Source: Eubacteriales bacterium | GTDB lineage: Bacteria > Bacillota > Clostridia > Oscillospirales > Butyricicoccaceae | Direction: 5' to 3' | DNA: 64,000 nucleotides | Assembly (NCBI GenBank): GCA_030524205.1 | Contig: JAUNGZ010000008.1 | Span: 15,237 to 79,236, forward strand | Shown: in pieces, positions 30,975 through 40,580 of the stretch | Position numbering within the stretch: position 1 is the stretch's first letter | Layout of the letters: every line of letters starts with the position of its first letter | The notes under the pieces: model-generated | The model's database searches: none | What the model saw: the letters and a program-made list of their open reading frames with translations, nothing else | Told to the model about the DNA's origin: nothing | Program-made: the position numbers and the translations under genes

Positions 30975-32639
30975 ATGCCCAAAAGAAGCGACAATATCGT
31001 CGCGGGCGCGGAGCGTATGCCCAACCGCTCGCTGCTGCGCGCCTGCGGCCTGACCGAGGAGGAAATGAACCGCCCGATCATCGGCGTGGTTTCGGCCTAT
31101 TCGGAGATCATCCCCGGCCACATCAATCTGGACAAGATCGCCGCCGCCGCCAAGACCGGCGTTTCGATGGCGGGCGGCACGCCCATCCTCGTGCCGGCCA
31201 TCGGCGTGTGCGACGGCATCGCCATGGGCCACATCGGCATGAAATATTCGCTGCCCAGCCGCGAGCTGATCGCGGACAGCGTCGAGACGCTCGCCAACGC
31301 GCACCAGTTCGACGCGCTGGTGCTCATTCCCAACTGCGACAAGATCGTGCCCGGAATGCTGATGGCCGCGGCGCGGCTGAACATCCCGTCTATCATCATT
31401 TCGGGCGGGCCGATGCTTGCCGGACATTACGACGGCGAGGAAATTTCGCTTTCCAAGACCTTCGAGACGGTCGGCGCGTACAAGGCCGGCCTGATCGACG
31501 ACGACAAGCTTCGGGAGTGCGAGTGCGGCTCGTGCCCGGGCTGCGGCTCGTGCTCGGGCATGTACACGGCAAACTCGATGAACTGCCTGTCCGAGGCCAT
31601 CGGCATGGCGCTGCCCGGTAACGGCACAACGCCGGCCGTGCATGCCGCGCGCATCCAGCTTGCCAAGCACGCGGGCATGAAGATCATGGAGCTGCTTGAA
31701 AAGGACATCAAGCCCCGCGACATCCTGACCCCGGCCGCCTTCCGCAACGCGCTGACCTGCGAAATGGCGATCGGCTGCTCGACCAACTCGGTGCTGCACC
31801 TGCTCGCGCTCGCGCACGAGGCGGAGGTGGAGCTGAGCCTTGAAACGCTCAACGAGCTGTCGGCCAAGGTGCCCAACATCTGCCACCTCGCGCCCGCGGG
31901 CCCCCACCATATCGAGGAGCTGTACATGGCGGGCGGCGTGCCGGCCATCATGAAGGAGCTGACCAAGCGGAACCTGCTTGACCTGTCGCTCATCACCGCG
32001 ACCGGCAAGACGGTGGGCGAGAACCTCGAGGACGTGGTCAACAAGAACCCCGCGGTCGTCCGTCCGCTCGAAAGCCCCTATTCCGAGACCGGCGGCATCG
32101 CCGTTCTCTGGGGCAATATTGCCAAGAACGGCTGCGTGGTCAAGCGCAGCGCCGTCGCGCCCGAAATGATGGTGCACGAAGGCCCGGCGCGCGTGTTCGA
32201 CTGCGAGGAGGACGCGATCGACGCGATCTACAACGGCCGCATTGTCAAGGGCGACGTGGTCGTCATCCGCTACGAAGGCCCCAAGGGCGGCCCCGGCATG
32301 CGCGAGATGCTCAACCCCACCTCCGCGCTGGCGGGGATGCAGCTCGATAAGGACTGCGCGCTCATCACCGACGGCCGCTTTTCCGGCGCGTCGCGCGGCG
32401 CGTCCATCGGCCATGTGTCGCCCGAGGCGGCGGCGGGCGGCGAAATCGCGCTTGTGCGCGAGGGCGACCGCATCGCCATCGACATCCCGAACAGCAAGGT
32501 AAACGTCCTTGTGTCCGACGAGGAGCTTACCGCCCGCCGCGCGGCCTATGTCCCGCGCGAGCCGAACGTCAAGTCCGGCTGGCTGTACCGCTATTCGCGG
32601 CTGGTCACCTCCGCCGACAAGGGCGCGGTGCTCGAATAA
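30975..32639 (+). CDS. ilvD: dihydroxy-acid dehydratase
   Basis: [46 protein letters not shown]. Confidence 0.95.
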   Translation: MPKRSDNIVAGAERMPNRSLLRACGLTEEEMNRPIIGVVSAYSEIIPGHINLDKIAAAAKTGVSMAGGTPILVPAIGVCDGIAMGHIGMKYSLPSRELIADSVETLANAHQFDALVLIPNCDKIVPGMLMAAARLNIPSIIISGGPMLAGHYDGEEISLSKTFETVGAYKAGLIDDDKLRECECGSCPGCGSCSGMYTANSMNCLSEAIGMALPGNGTTPAVHAARIQLAKHAGMKIMELLEKDIKPRDILTPAAFRNALTCEMAIGCSTNSVLHLLALAHEAEVELSLETLNELSAKVPNICHLAPAGPHHIEELYMAGGVPAIMKELTKRNLLDLSLITATGKTVGENLEDVVNKNPAVVRPLESPYSETGGIAVLWGNIAKNGCVVKRSAVAPEMMVHEGPARVFDCEEDAIDAIYNGRIVKGDVVVIRYEGPKGGPGMREMLNPTSALAGMQLDKDCALITDGRFSGASRGASIGHVSPEAAAGGEIALVREGDRIAIDIPNSKVNVLVSDEELTARRAAYVPREPNVKSGWLYRYSRLVTSADKGAVLE

Positions 32640-32644
32640 AGGAA

Positions 32645-32678
32645 AAAGCGTCCGAAACAACTGTTTCGGACGCTTTAC
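32645..32678 (+). terminator. ilvD terminator hairpin
   Basis: AAAGCGTCCGAAACA / TGTTTCGGACGCTTT. Confidence 0.7.
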
Positions 32679-32702
32679 TTTGCATAAAAATGTTGCTATA
32701 CT
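32674..32702 (+). promoter_or_regulatory. promoter of putative type I toxin mRNA
   Basis: TTTACT-17-TATACT with TG extension. Confidence 0.65.
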
Positions 32703-32806
32703 GTGCTTAAGGCACTGCCACGCCCAGCGGCGGGCGGTTGTTTCTCCTGACCTTCAACGGAAGGGAGGTGGGCTTTCCCCAATCGAAAGAAAGGGGGTGA
32801 AGTCTG

Positions 32807-32887
32807 TTGCGTGGATGGCACAGAGCCGTAAGGCTTTTGATATGCGGCGCAGTTTTGCTCTACATATTCACCATAAATGCAAAATAA
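32807..32887 (+). CDS. putative type I toxin peptide, 26 aa (MRGWHRAVRLLICGAVLLYIFTINAK)
   Basis: strong RBS AAAGGGGGTGA, TTG start, basic N-terminus plus one hydrophobic helix; stop lies inside a bidirectional hairpin. Confidence 0.65.
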   Translation: MRGWHRAVRLLICGAVLLYIFTINAK

Positions 32888-32965
32888 CCGCCCCTCTCAC
32901 AGTCGCGGTTATTTTGTAACTGATACTTAGGGAGACAACCGTTCGTCGGCAGTGCCCCTTTTTCT
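32880..32965 (-). ncRNA. putative antisense antitoxin sRNA
   Basis: minus-strand TTGACA-18-TATAAT with TG extension (33001..32972) reading toward hairpin CAAAATAACCGC/GCGGTTATTTTG (32880-32916). Confidence 0.6.
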
Positions 32966-33009
32966 GCTCTGATTATACCATGCCGCCTTGTTTTTTGTCA
33001 AGGCGGCGT

Positions 33010-33225
33010 TCACCTTCGCGGCGGGGCGGGATTATCGGTGCGTCCGAGCAGGTAGTCGGTGCTGGTATGGTATATCTCGGCCAAACGGATTAAAATAGAG
33101 GTTGGAATGTCATTTTCGCCGGTTTCATATTTGGAATATCCGGTTTGAGACATGCCAAGCATAGCGGCGACATCTTTTTGCAGCCAATCTTTGTCATTGC
33201 GCAGATCGCGCAAACGTGAATACAT
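33010..33225 (-). CDS. XRE-family HTH regulator
   Basis: RLRDLRND..QKDVA..YSKYETGE..STDYLLG. Confidence 0.9.
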   Translation of the reverse strand: MYSRLRDLRNDKDWLQKDVAAMLGMSQTGYSKYETGENDIPTSILIRLAEIYHTSTDYLLGRTDNPAPPRR

Positions 33226-33253
33226 ATCATCACCTCGTGACTAAGCATAGCGC

Positions 33254-33298
33254 AACCTGAAATAGAGTATTGCATAACAATCTAAAACAGGTTATAAT
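33254..33298 (+). promoter_or_regulatory. divergent promoter with paired inverted operators
   Basis: TTGCAT-17-TATAAT (33270-33298); AACCTGAAATAGAGT and inverted AACCTGTTTTAGATT. Confidence 0.55.
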
Positions 33299-33316
33299 GA
33301 GCTTGAGGTGATCTCC

Positions 33317-33553
33317 ATGAAATCCATTCTAAGTACATTGTACCGCGAATGCGGCAAGGCCGAGCTGTCTCCCTCCGTCGAGCTGGACGCTGTTTGGCAG
33401 CTGCTCGGCGAGCTGGGGGCGCGCGTGCCGGACGAGGAGAAGGCGATCCTTGATATTCAGGAGTGTATGCTGGCGGCCATTAAGCGCACGGAAACGGACG
33501 GTTTCTCCTGTGGTTTCCGCTGTGCCGCCGCTTTGTGGCGCGAATGCGTCTAA
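33317..33553 (+). CDS. small hypothetical protein (DUF6809-like C-terminus)
   Basis: GAGGTG RBS; ends DGFSCGFRCAAALWRE. Confidence 0.6.
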   Translation: MKSILSTLYRECGKAELSPSVELDAVWQLLGELGARVPDEEKAILDIQECMLAAIKRTETDGFSCGFRCAAALWRECV

Positions 33554-33619
33554 ACGCTTGTCGCGGCTGGGCAAATCTGCTATAATAAACCCAAATGAGA
33601 AAAAAGGACGGATACTGCT

Positions 33620-34282
33620 ATGCTGACAGCGGCAAAAAAGGAATTTATCGAATTTATGATGAGCGCGGACGTGCTGCGCTTCGGCGATTTTACGACTAAA
33701 TCCGGGCGCAAGACCCCGTATTTCGTCAACACGGGCAATTATAAGACCGGCATGCAGAACGCAAAGCTGGGCGAGTTTTACGCCGCGCTCGTCAAGGAGA
33801 CGGTCGGCGCGGACTTTGACGCGATGTTCGGCCCCGCGTACAAGGGCATCCCGCTGGCGACCTCGGTCGCGGGCGCGCTCGCGCGCGTGTACGGTATCGA
33901 CAAGCCGTTTTTCTTCAACCGCAAGGAAGCCAAGGATCACGGCGAGGGCGGCAGCATCGTCGGCTATAAGCCGGTCGACGGCGACCGCATCGTCATCATC
34001 GAGGACGTGATCACCGCGGGCACCGCGATTCGCGAAACCATGCCCGTTTTGCAGGGCTGCGCGGACGTAAAGGTAACCGATATGTTCATCTCGGTCAACC
34101 GCTGCGAGGTCGGCACGACCCCGGGCAAAACGGCGGTGATGGAGGTCGGCGAGGAGTTCGGCATCCGGGTGCACGCGCTCGTCACCGTGCGGGACATCCG
34201 CGAGTATCTGGCCGATAAGGCCGATTACGCGCACCTGCTGCCGCTGATGGACGCTTATATGGAGCAATACTGCGTGTTTTGA
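33620..34282 (+). CDS. pyrE: orotate phosphoribosyltransferase
   Basis: FGDFTTKSGRKTPYF, GPAYKGIP, RKEAKDHGEGG, IIEDVITAGT. Confidence 0.95.
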   Translation: MLTAAKKEFIEFMMSADVLRFGDFTTKSGRKTPYFVNTGNYKTGMQNAKLGEFYAALVKETVGADFDAMFGPAYKGIPLATSVAGALARVYGIDKPFFFNRKEAKDHGEGGSIVGYKPVDGDRIVIIEDVITAGTAIRETMPVLQGCADVKVTDMFISVNRCEVGTTPGKTAVMEVGEEFGIRVHALVTVRDIREYLADKADYAHLLPLMDAYMEQYCVF

Positions 34283-34294
34283 GGAAAAGAATCG

Positions 34295-34330
34295 AAAAAG
34301 GCTGTTTCCGTGAGGAAACAGCCTTTTTTT
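34295..34330. terminator. bidirectional terminator
   Basis: AAAAAGGCTGTTTCC / GGAAACAGCCTTTTT between convergent genes. Confidence 0.85.
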
Positions 34331-35498
34331 AAAGGGTTTGCAGAAAGCTCCGCATGCGGGTGCACGCTTCGCGCAGATGGTTCATCGAATACGAATAGGA
34401 AATACGCACGTGCCCTTCGCCGCTCGCGCCGAACGCGCTGCCGGGGACGACCGCGACCTGCTGGCTTTGCAGTAGCCGTTCGCAGAAATCCTCCGAGCTT
34501 AGGCCGGTCGACCGGATCGACGGGAACACGTAAAACGCGCCCTGCGGTTCAAAGCAGGAAAGCCCCATATCGCGCAGCTCGCCCAGCAGGTAGCGGCGGC
34601 GGATATCGTATTGCGAGCGCATGTGGTCAACGTCGTCGTCGCCCGTGCGGATGGCTTCGATGCCCGCGAACTGCGCGGTGGTCGGCGCGGACATGATGCC
34701 GAACTGGTGGATTTTGCAGATATGGCGCATCAGCTCCTTCGGCCCGAGCGCCCAGCCGAGCCGCCAGCCGGTCATGGCGTACGATTTGGAGAAGCCGTCG
34801 ACGACGATGGTGCGCTCCCGCATGCCCGGCAGCTCGGCAAAGCAGACGTGCCGCTCCGGGCCGTAGGTCAGGCTGCAATAGATCTCGTCCGAAATCACGA
34901 TGATGTTCGTGTCGCGCAGCACGGCGGCGATGGCTTCGAGCTCGTCCCGCGTCATGACTGCGCCGGTCGGGTTGTTGGGATAGGGCAGGATCAGCACCTT
35001 GGTTTTTGGCGTGATCGCGGCGCGCAGGCGCGCGGGGGTCAGCTTAAACTGCTCCTCCGCCACGGTCGGCAGCGGAACGGGCACGCCGCCGGCAAGCTGG
35101 GTCAGCGGGGTGTAGCACACGAAGGACGGCTCGGGGATGAGCACCTCCTCGCCGGCGGAAACGACCGCGCGGATCGTGTTGTCGATCGCCTCGGAGCCGC
35201 CGACGGTGACGAGCACCTCGGTGTTCGCGTCGTAGCAGAGCTGGTATTTGCGCCGCGCAAGCGCCGCGATCTGGCTGCGCAGCTCGGCAAGACCCCAGTT
35301 CGAGGTGTAGAAGGTCTGTCCCTTTTCAAGGGACTGGATGCCCGCGCGGCGGATCTGCCACGGGGTTTCAAAATCCGGCTCGCCGACGCCGAGCGAGATC
35401 GCGTCGGGCATGGCGGCCGCGGCGTCAAAGAACCGGCGGATGCCCGAGGGCTTGACGATTTTCACCCGGTCGGAGAGCAGCTGCTCATAGTCTACCAT
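34329..35498 (-). CDS. class I/II PLP aminotransferase (AlaT/YugH-like)
   Basis: SLGVGEPDF, PNNPTG, SDEIY, FSKSYAMTGWRLG. Confidence 0.88.
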   Translation of the reverse strand: MVDYEQLLSDRVKIVKPSGIRRFFDAAAAMPDAISLGVGEPDFETPWQIRRAGIQSLEKGQTFYTSNWGLAELRSQIAALARRKYQLCYDANTEVLVTVGGSEAIDNTIRAVVSAGEEVLIPEPSFVCYTPLTQLAGGVPVPLPTVAEEQFKLTPARLRAAITPKTKVLILPYPNNPTGAVMTRDELEAIAAVLRDTNIIVISDEIYCSLTYGPERHVCFAELPGMRERTIVVDGFSKSYAMTGWRLGWALGPKELMRHICKIHQFGIMSAPTTAQFAGIEAIRTGDDDVDHMRSQYDIRRRYLLGELRDMGLSCFEPQGAFYVFPSIRSTGLSSEDFCERLLQSQQVAVVPGSAFGASGEGHVRISYSYSMNHLREACTRMRSFLQTL

Positions 35499-35986
35499 GC
35501 GATCGTGACCTCTCTCTTATCATGATCCGAGGGGTCGAATTCCACGCCGTAGTCCTTGTACTTCTTGAGGATGAAGTGCGTGCCGGTCGACAGCACGTTT
35601 TCCATCGGCGCGAGCTGCTCGGAAACGAAGCGCGCGACCTCGCGCATCGAGCGGCCGGTGATGATGACGGTCAGATCAAAGCCGCCGGACATCAGGTAAA
35701 CGCTTTCCACCTGATGGTGCGAGTAAATCTGGCGGGCGATTTCGTCAAAGCCCATGCCCTTCTGCGGGGTGATCTTGACCTCGATGAGCGCGGTCACGCT
35801 TTCCTTAGCGGTCTTGTCCCAGTCGATCACGGTTTTATAGCCCAGAATCGTATCATTTTTTTCGAAAGTGCGGATGGCGGCGGTGACTTCGTCCACGCTC
35901 GCGCCCACCATAGCGGCGAGCTGGGCGGGGGTCAGCCGCGCGTCCTGATAGAGCAGGTCCAGCAGCTTTTCGGGGTTTTCCATCAT
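35492..35986 (-). CDS. Lrp/AsnC regulator (AlaR/YugG-like)
   Basis: HTH plus VYLMSGGFDL, THFILKKYK; GGAGG RBS. Confidence 0.88.
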   Translation of the reverse strand: MMENPEKLLDLLYQDARLTPAQLAAMVGASVDEVTAAIRTFEKNDTILGYKTVIDWDKTAKESVTALIEVKITPQKGMGFDEIARQIYSHHQVESVYLMSGGFDLTVIITGRSMREVARFVSEQLAPMENVLSTGTHFILKKYKDYGVEFDPSDHDKREVTIAW

Positions 35987-36063
35987 AATACAACCTCCTA
36001 TTTTGATAAAGATTGCATCTATTATACACCAAGGCGGGGCGGCTGTCCACCGTGCAATGCGGG

Positions 36064-36114
36064 TTGACAAAGCGGGGGAGGAGCGGTACACTAATATTGT
36101 TCAAAAAAGAACAA
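36064..36114 (+). promoter_or_regulatory. marR promoter with palindromic operator
   Basis: TTGACA-17-TACACT; TTGTTC-N6-GAACAA (36097-36114). Confidence 0.7.
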
Positions 36115-36130
36115 AAATGGAGATGAAAAG

Positions 36131-36574
36131 ATGAACGCCGATTTACTGACCAACCCAATGCTGCTCAAGCGGCTGTACGACGAGCAGCTCCGTCCGGTGA
36201 CGCAGCGCTGCGGTCTGACGCGCGTGGAGCTGGACATTCTGCTGTTTCTCGCGAACAACCCGTCTTATGACACCGCGCGCGACATCGTGCACGTGCGCAT
36301 GCTGAGCAAGTCGCAGGTGTCCGCTTCGCTCGACGCGCTGGCGGCCCGCGGCATGCTGCGCGCGTACCACAGCGCGGACAACCGGAAGGTGGCGCATCTG
36401 ACCCTGCTGCCTCCGTCCGCAGACGCGGTGGAGCAGGGGCGGCGGGCGCAGCAGCGCTTTCAGGAGGTGCTGCGGCAAGGGATCGCCCCGGAGGAGCTGC
36501 GGCGCGTTGAGCGCACGGTCGCGCAAATGACGGAAAACATCCGCGCGTATCTGGGAGAGGGGGAGCGGAAATGA
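36131..36574 (+). CDS. MarR-family regulator
   Basis: LTRVELDILLFL, LSKSQVSASL, DNRKV. Confidence 0.85.
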   Translation: MNADLLTNPMLLKRLYDEQLRPVTQRCGLTRVELDILLFLANNPSYDTARDIVHVRMLSKSQVSASLDALAARGMLRAYHSADNRKVAHLTLLPPSADAVEQGRRAQQRFQEVLRQGIAPEELRRVERTVAQMTENIRAYLGEGERK

Positions 36575-37338
36575 TCGTCAAATTCATCGTCTGCTTTGTC
36601 GCGGGGATCGGGGCGGGCTTGGGCACCGGCTTCGCGGGCATGAGCGCGGCGGCGGTCATCAGCCCGATGCTGATCACCTTTTTGGGCATGGAGCCGTATA
36701 TGGCCGTCGGTATCGCGCTGGCGAGCGACGTGCTGGCCAGCGCGGTCAGCGCCTACACGTACAAGAAGCACGGCAATCTCGATGTGCGCAACGGGCTGGT
36801 GATGATGGCGGCGGTGCTGCTGTTCACACTGGTAGGGAGCTGGCTGTCCAGTCTGGTGCCGAGCGGCGCGATGGGCGGCTTCTCCACGGTGATGACGCTG
36901 CTGCTGGGCATCAAATTCCTTGTAAAGCCCGTGATGAACACCAAGTCGGACATGGCCGAGATCGGCCGTGCCCGCCGGTTCGGGCAGGCGGCGGTGTGCG
37001 GCGCGGCCGTCGGCCTGATCTGCGGCTTTGTGGGCGCGGGCGGCGGCATGATGATGCTGCTGCTTTTGACGAGCGTGCTGGGCTACGAGCTGAAAACCGC
37101 GGTCGGCACGAGCGTGTTTATCATGGCGTTTACCGCGCTGACCGGCGCGGCGAGCCATTTTGCCATCGGCGGCGCGCCCGATCTTTGGAGCCTTGTGTTC
37201 TGCGTGCTGTCCACGCTGCTCTGGGCGCGCATTGCGGCGCGGTTCGCCAACCGGGCGCCGGCAAAAACGCTCAACCGCGCCACCGGCGCGGTGCTGACCG
37301 TGCTGGGCGCGGCTATTTTGCTGGTGAATTGGCTGTAA
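36571..37338 (+). CDS. TSUP (TauE/SafE) family membrane protein
   Basis: duplicated Gly-rich TM motifs, GAGGGMM, KTAVGTS. Confidence 0.85.
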   Translation: MIVKFIVCFVAGIGAGLGTGFAGMSAAAVISPMLITFLGMEPYMAVGIALASDVLASAVSAYTYKKHGNLDVRNGLVMMAAVLLFTLVGSWLSSLVPSGAMGGFSTVMTLLLGIKFLVKPVMNTKSDMAEIGRARRFGQAAVCGAAVGLICGFVGAGGGMMMLLLLTSVLGYELKTAVGTSVFIMAFTALTGAASHFAIGGAPDLWSLVFCVLSTLLWARIAARFANRAPAKTLNRATGAVLTVLGAAILLVNWL

Positions 37339-37440
37339 GCACAAGATTTTGCGTTTTTCGCGGTGCAGGTCTGCAAAATACTGTTGCGGAAACCGGAAAA
37401 ACGCGGTACAATAAAACCTAGAAAGGTGGTGCCCTTTTCC

Positions 37441-38142
37441 ATGGCATTCACAGGCTTCAACGCCGCGGGCATCGACCTGCTGCAGCTCAACCGCCTGCAA
37501 AACAGCAAAGAATTTTACGAAGCGCACAAAGAAGAAATAAAGAGGCTGTCGATCCAGCCGTTTCATGAATTGATCGCGGAAATGACGCCAACCATGCTGG
37601 AGATCGACCCGTTGTTCGTGGTCACCCCGTCGCGCATGGTATCGCGCGTGCGGCGCGATACCCGCTATACCAAGGATAAAACGCTTTACCGCGCCAATCT
37701 TTGGATGTTCTTCCGCCGCCGTCGGAGCGAGCGGGAGTCCGTTCCCGGCTATTATTTCGAGCTTCACCCTGAGTATTGGGCGTTCGGCTGCTGGGGCGCG
37801 TGGGGCAGGGGCGAGATGGAAACCCTGCGCGGCATGATCCTTGCGGAGGATAAGCTTTTCCTCGAGGCGTTCGAGGCGGTGAACGCCTGCCCGCGGGTGC
37901 GGCTGGACGGAGAGCTGTACAAGCGGCCCAAATTTCCGGACGCAAAGCCCGAATACCAGCCGTGGCTGAACCGCAAGGAGCTGGGCGCGGACTGCCGGAT
38001 CACCGATGATTTCGCTCCCGTGCTGGACGGCTCGTTCGTCGAGCCCATGCTGGAAACCATGCGGCGTCTCGCGCCGCTGTACCGGCTGTTGCTGGCCGCG
38101 AAGGAGCGCACGGAAGCCGAGCCGCGGGAGGCTGCCCGATGA
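37441..38142 (+). CDS. DUF2461 family protein
   Basis: NSKEFYEAHKEE, RVRRDTRYTKDKTLY. Confidence 0.8.
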   Translation: MAFTGFNAAGIDLLQLNRLQNSKEFYEAHKEEIKRLSIQPFHELIAEMTPTMLEIDPLFVVTPSRMVSRVRRDTRYTKDKTLYRANLWMFFRRRRSERESVPGYYFELHPEYWAFGCWGAWGRGEMETLRGMILAEDKLFLEAFEAVNACPRVRLDGELYKRPKFPDAKPEYQPWLNRKELGADCRITDDFAPVLDGSFVEPMLETMRRLAPLYRLLLAAKERTEAEPREAAR

Positions 38143-38798
38143 GATATGTCGCACTGGATTTTGAGACCGGAAACGCTTCGCCGCTCAGCGCGTGCGCGCT
38201 CGGCGTTTCGGTGTTTGAGGATACCCTGCTCGTGCGCGAGCAGGTCTCGCTGATCAAGCCGCCGTCCTGCGTGGGCAAGTTCCATTGGGGCAATATCCGC
38301 GTCAACGGCATCAAGGAGAAAATGGTGGCGGACGCGCCCGCGTTCGACAGCGTCTGGCGCGACTTTGCGGACGACGCGGAGGGCGGCGTGCTGGTCTGTC
38401 ACAACGCGATGTTTGATACCGCCGTTTTGTGCGCCTGCCTTGCGCATTACCATCTGCCCATGCCGGAGTGCCGCTACATTTGCACCGTAAAGGTGTCGCA
38501 GCGCGTATGGCCGGAGATGGAAAATCACAAACTGGATACCGTGTCAGACGCGCTCGATATCGAGCTGAACCACCATGAAGCCGGTTCGGACGCGCGGGCC
38601 GCGGGCTTGATTTTACAGGCGGCGCTGCGCGAAACGAACAGCGCGGACGCCGACGAGCTTGCCGAAAAGATCGGCATGCGCCTCGGCCGTATTTCGTGCA
38701 TGGGAACGACGCCGTGCAGCATCGCAAAAGACGCTCGGGGCGGAAAGGCCGCCCATTCATCCCGATACATCCAAAATAAAGGAGAGAACACGCTATGA
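38139..38798 (+). CDS. DEDDh 3'-5' exonuclease
   Basis: LDFET, HNAMFD, HHEAGSDA. Confidence 0.88.
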   Translation: MRYVALDFETGNASPLSACALGVSVFEDTLLVREQVSLIKPPSCVGKFHWGNIRVNGIKEKMVADAPAFDSVWRDFADDAEGGVLVCHNAMFDTAVLCACLAHYHLPMPECRYICTVKVSQRVWPEMENHKLDTVSDALDIELNHHEAGSDARAAGLILQAALRETNSADADELAEKIGMRLGRISCMGTTPCSIAKDARGGKAAHSSRYIQNKGENTL

Positions 38799-39103
38799 AA
38801 AACTATCTGGATAACATCGACCGCGAAGCCCTGCGCGCCCGCGCCGAGCAGATGCTGGATTACGCGAACGACGCGCGTAGCTGCGCCTGCCGCTGGACCG
38901 ATTACGCCATGGCCAAGGCGCAGGAATTTTCCGTTTTTGATTTCGCCGTATTCAAAGTGTGCCTGCTGTCGCTCGGCTTGTGGCTGGGCGCCTGCTTCTC
39001 CAAGTTCTTTAAGAAATTCCGCAGCGTTTTGTTTGTCGCGTTTGCAGCCAGCTGGCTGTATATGTTTTGGCGCGTCTTTTTTGACGGCGAGGACGGCGAG
39101 TAA
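38795..39103 (+). CDS. small membrane protein, function unknown
   Basis: RBS AAGGAG; two C-terminal hydrophobic helices. Confidence 0.7.
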   Translation: MKNYLDNIDREALRARAEQMLDYANDARSCACRWTDYAMAKAQEFSVFDFAVFKVCLLSLGLWLGACFSKFFKKFRSVLFVAFAASWLYMFWRVFFDGEDGE

Positions 39104-39155
39104 TCGAAACGCCGCCCGGTACGGTATTGCGTTTTAGCAGGAGAGGAGTGCATTC

Positions 39156-40517
39156 GTGCAAGACCCAACGCAGCAGCATTCATCCGAACCGCAGGGCCAG
39201 CCCCACTACTTTCAGTGGGGCCTGACCGCGTTCTGCGTTATTGTGGCGAGCGTGCTGGTTTTTTATCTGCTCGGCTGGCTGCCGATCATTTGGAAGCTGT
39301 TTAAAAAAATGCTCGGCATTCTCAGCCCGTTTATTTACGGCTTTGTCATGGCCTATCTGCTGATGCCGATTTTCAACGGGCTGTACCGTTTTACACAGCC
39401 GCGGCTGGCGCAGCGTATGAAAAACGGCACGCGGTTTGCCAAAGGGCTGTGCAGCATCCTGACGCTGCTGCTCGGCGTTGCGATCGTAGGCACGCTGCTT
39501 TGGATGGTATTGCCGCAGCTGATCGTCAGTATTTTCTCGCTGCTTGAGTCGATGGACACCTATCTGAACGAGATTTCCGGCTGGGTGGCGGCGCTGCTGA
39601 AGGATAATCCGGTGATTGAACGGAACTTCCTTCAGATATACAATCAATTTTCGCAGCAGATCGTCAACTGGGTGCAGAATATCGCGCTGCCGCAGCTCGT
39701 TCAGCTTATGACCGGCGTGGTAACGACGGTTTCCGTGCTGTTCGACCTGCTGATCGGCATTATCATCGCCCTGTATATTCTCAACAGCAAGGATACCTTC
39801 TGCGCACAGGCCAAAAAGATGCTGTACAGCATGTTTTCCATTGACCGGGCAAACCGCATTATCAAGCGTGTGGCGCACGTCCACCGCGTGTTCGGCGGCT
39901 TTATCACCGGCAAGCTGATCGACTCGCTGCTGATCGGCCTGCTGTGCTTCGGCGGTCTGCGTGTTCTGATGGGCTTTAATTTGCTGACGATCGACCAATC
40001 GTACGCGCTGCTGATTTCGGTCATTGTCGGCGTGACCAATATCATCCCGTTTTTCGGCCCGTTTATCGGCGCCGTGCCCAGCGCGATCCTGATTATGGTG
40101 ATCAGCCCGGTGCAGGCGGTCTATTTCGTGCTGTTCGTTCTGGCGCTGCAGCAGTTTGACGGCAATATCCTCGGTCCTAAGATTTTGGGCAACTCGACCG
40201 GGCTGTCCAGCTTCTGGGTGATGTTTGCCATTTTGGTGTTCGGCGGCATTTTCGGCTTTGTGGGCATGGCGGTCGGCGTACCGCTGTTTGCCGTGCTGTA
40301 CAGCGTGCTGACCGAGGTGTTCAACAACCTGCTGAAAAAGCGCGGCTTGAATACCGACACCAACGCCTACCGCGGGCCTAAGCGGCTCGATCCAAAGACG
40401 CGGGAGTTTGTGGAGGTGCAGGACGAAACGCCTCCTGTGACCGCGAAAGAACGCCGTCAAGCGGCCGCAAAAGCGAAAAGTGAACAAGAAAATCATGAAA
40501 CCGAAAAGAAGGACTGA
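39156..40517 (+). CDS. AI-2E (PerM) family transporter
   Basis: NIIPFFGPFIG, LQQFDGNILGPKILG. Confidence 0.9.
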   Translation: MQDPTQQHSSEPQGQPHYFQWGLTAFCVIVASVLVFYLLGWLPIIWKLFKKMLGILSPFIYGFVMAYLLMPIFNGLYRFTQPRLAQRMKNGTRFAKGLCSILTLLLGVAIVGTLLWMVLPQLIVSIFSLLESMDTYLNEISGWVAALLKDNPVIERNFLQIYNQFSQQIVNWVQNIALPQLVQLMTGVVTTVSVLFDLLIGIIIALYILNSKDTFCAQAKKMLYSMFSIDRANRIIKRVAHVHRVFGGFITGKLIDSLLIGLLCFGGLRVLMGFNLLTIDQSYALLISVIVGVTNIIPFFGPFIGAVPSAILIMVISPVQAVYFVLFVLALQQFDGNILGPKILGNSTGLSSFWVMFAILVFGGIFGFVGMAVGVPLFAVLYSVLTEVFNNLLKKRGLNTDTNAYRGPKRLDPKTREFVEVQDETPPVTAKERRQAAAKAKSEQENHETEKKD

Positions 40518-40580
40518 CCCTTGGGGCCGGTCCTTCTTTTTTGCGGCAATAGAAAACGCCCGGAATGAAAGTTCCGGGCG

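Noticed and set aside
32509-32919. 136-aa ORF overlapping the end of ilvD
   Set aside because: Crosses a terminator and a promoter; the 26-aa peptide in another frame has the RBS
34329-35498. aminotransferase as the missing HisC
   Set aside because: Sequence and Lrp pairing fit the AlaT/YugH type; lacks the HisC N-E-N-P and DEAY motifs
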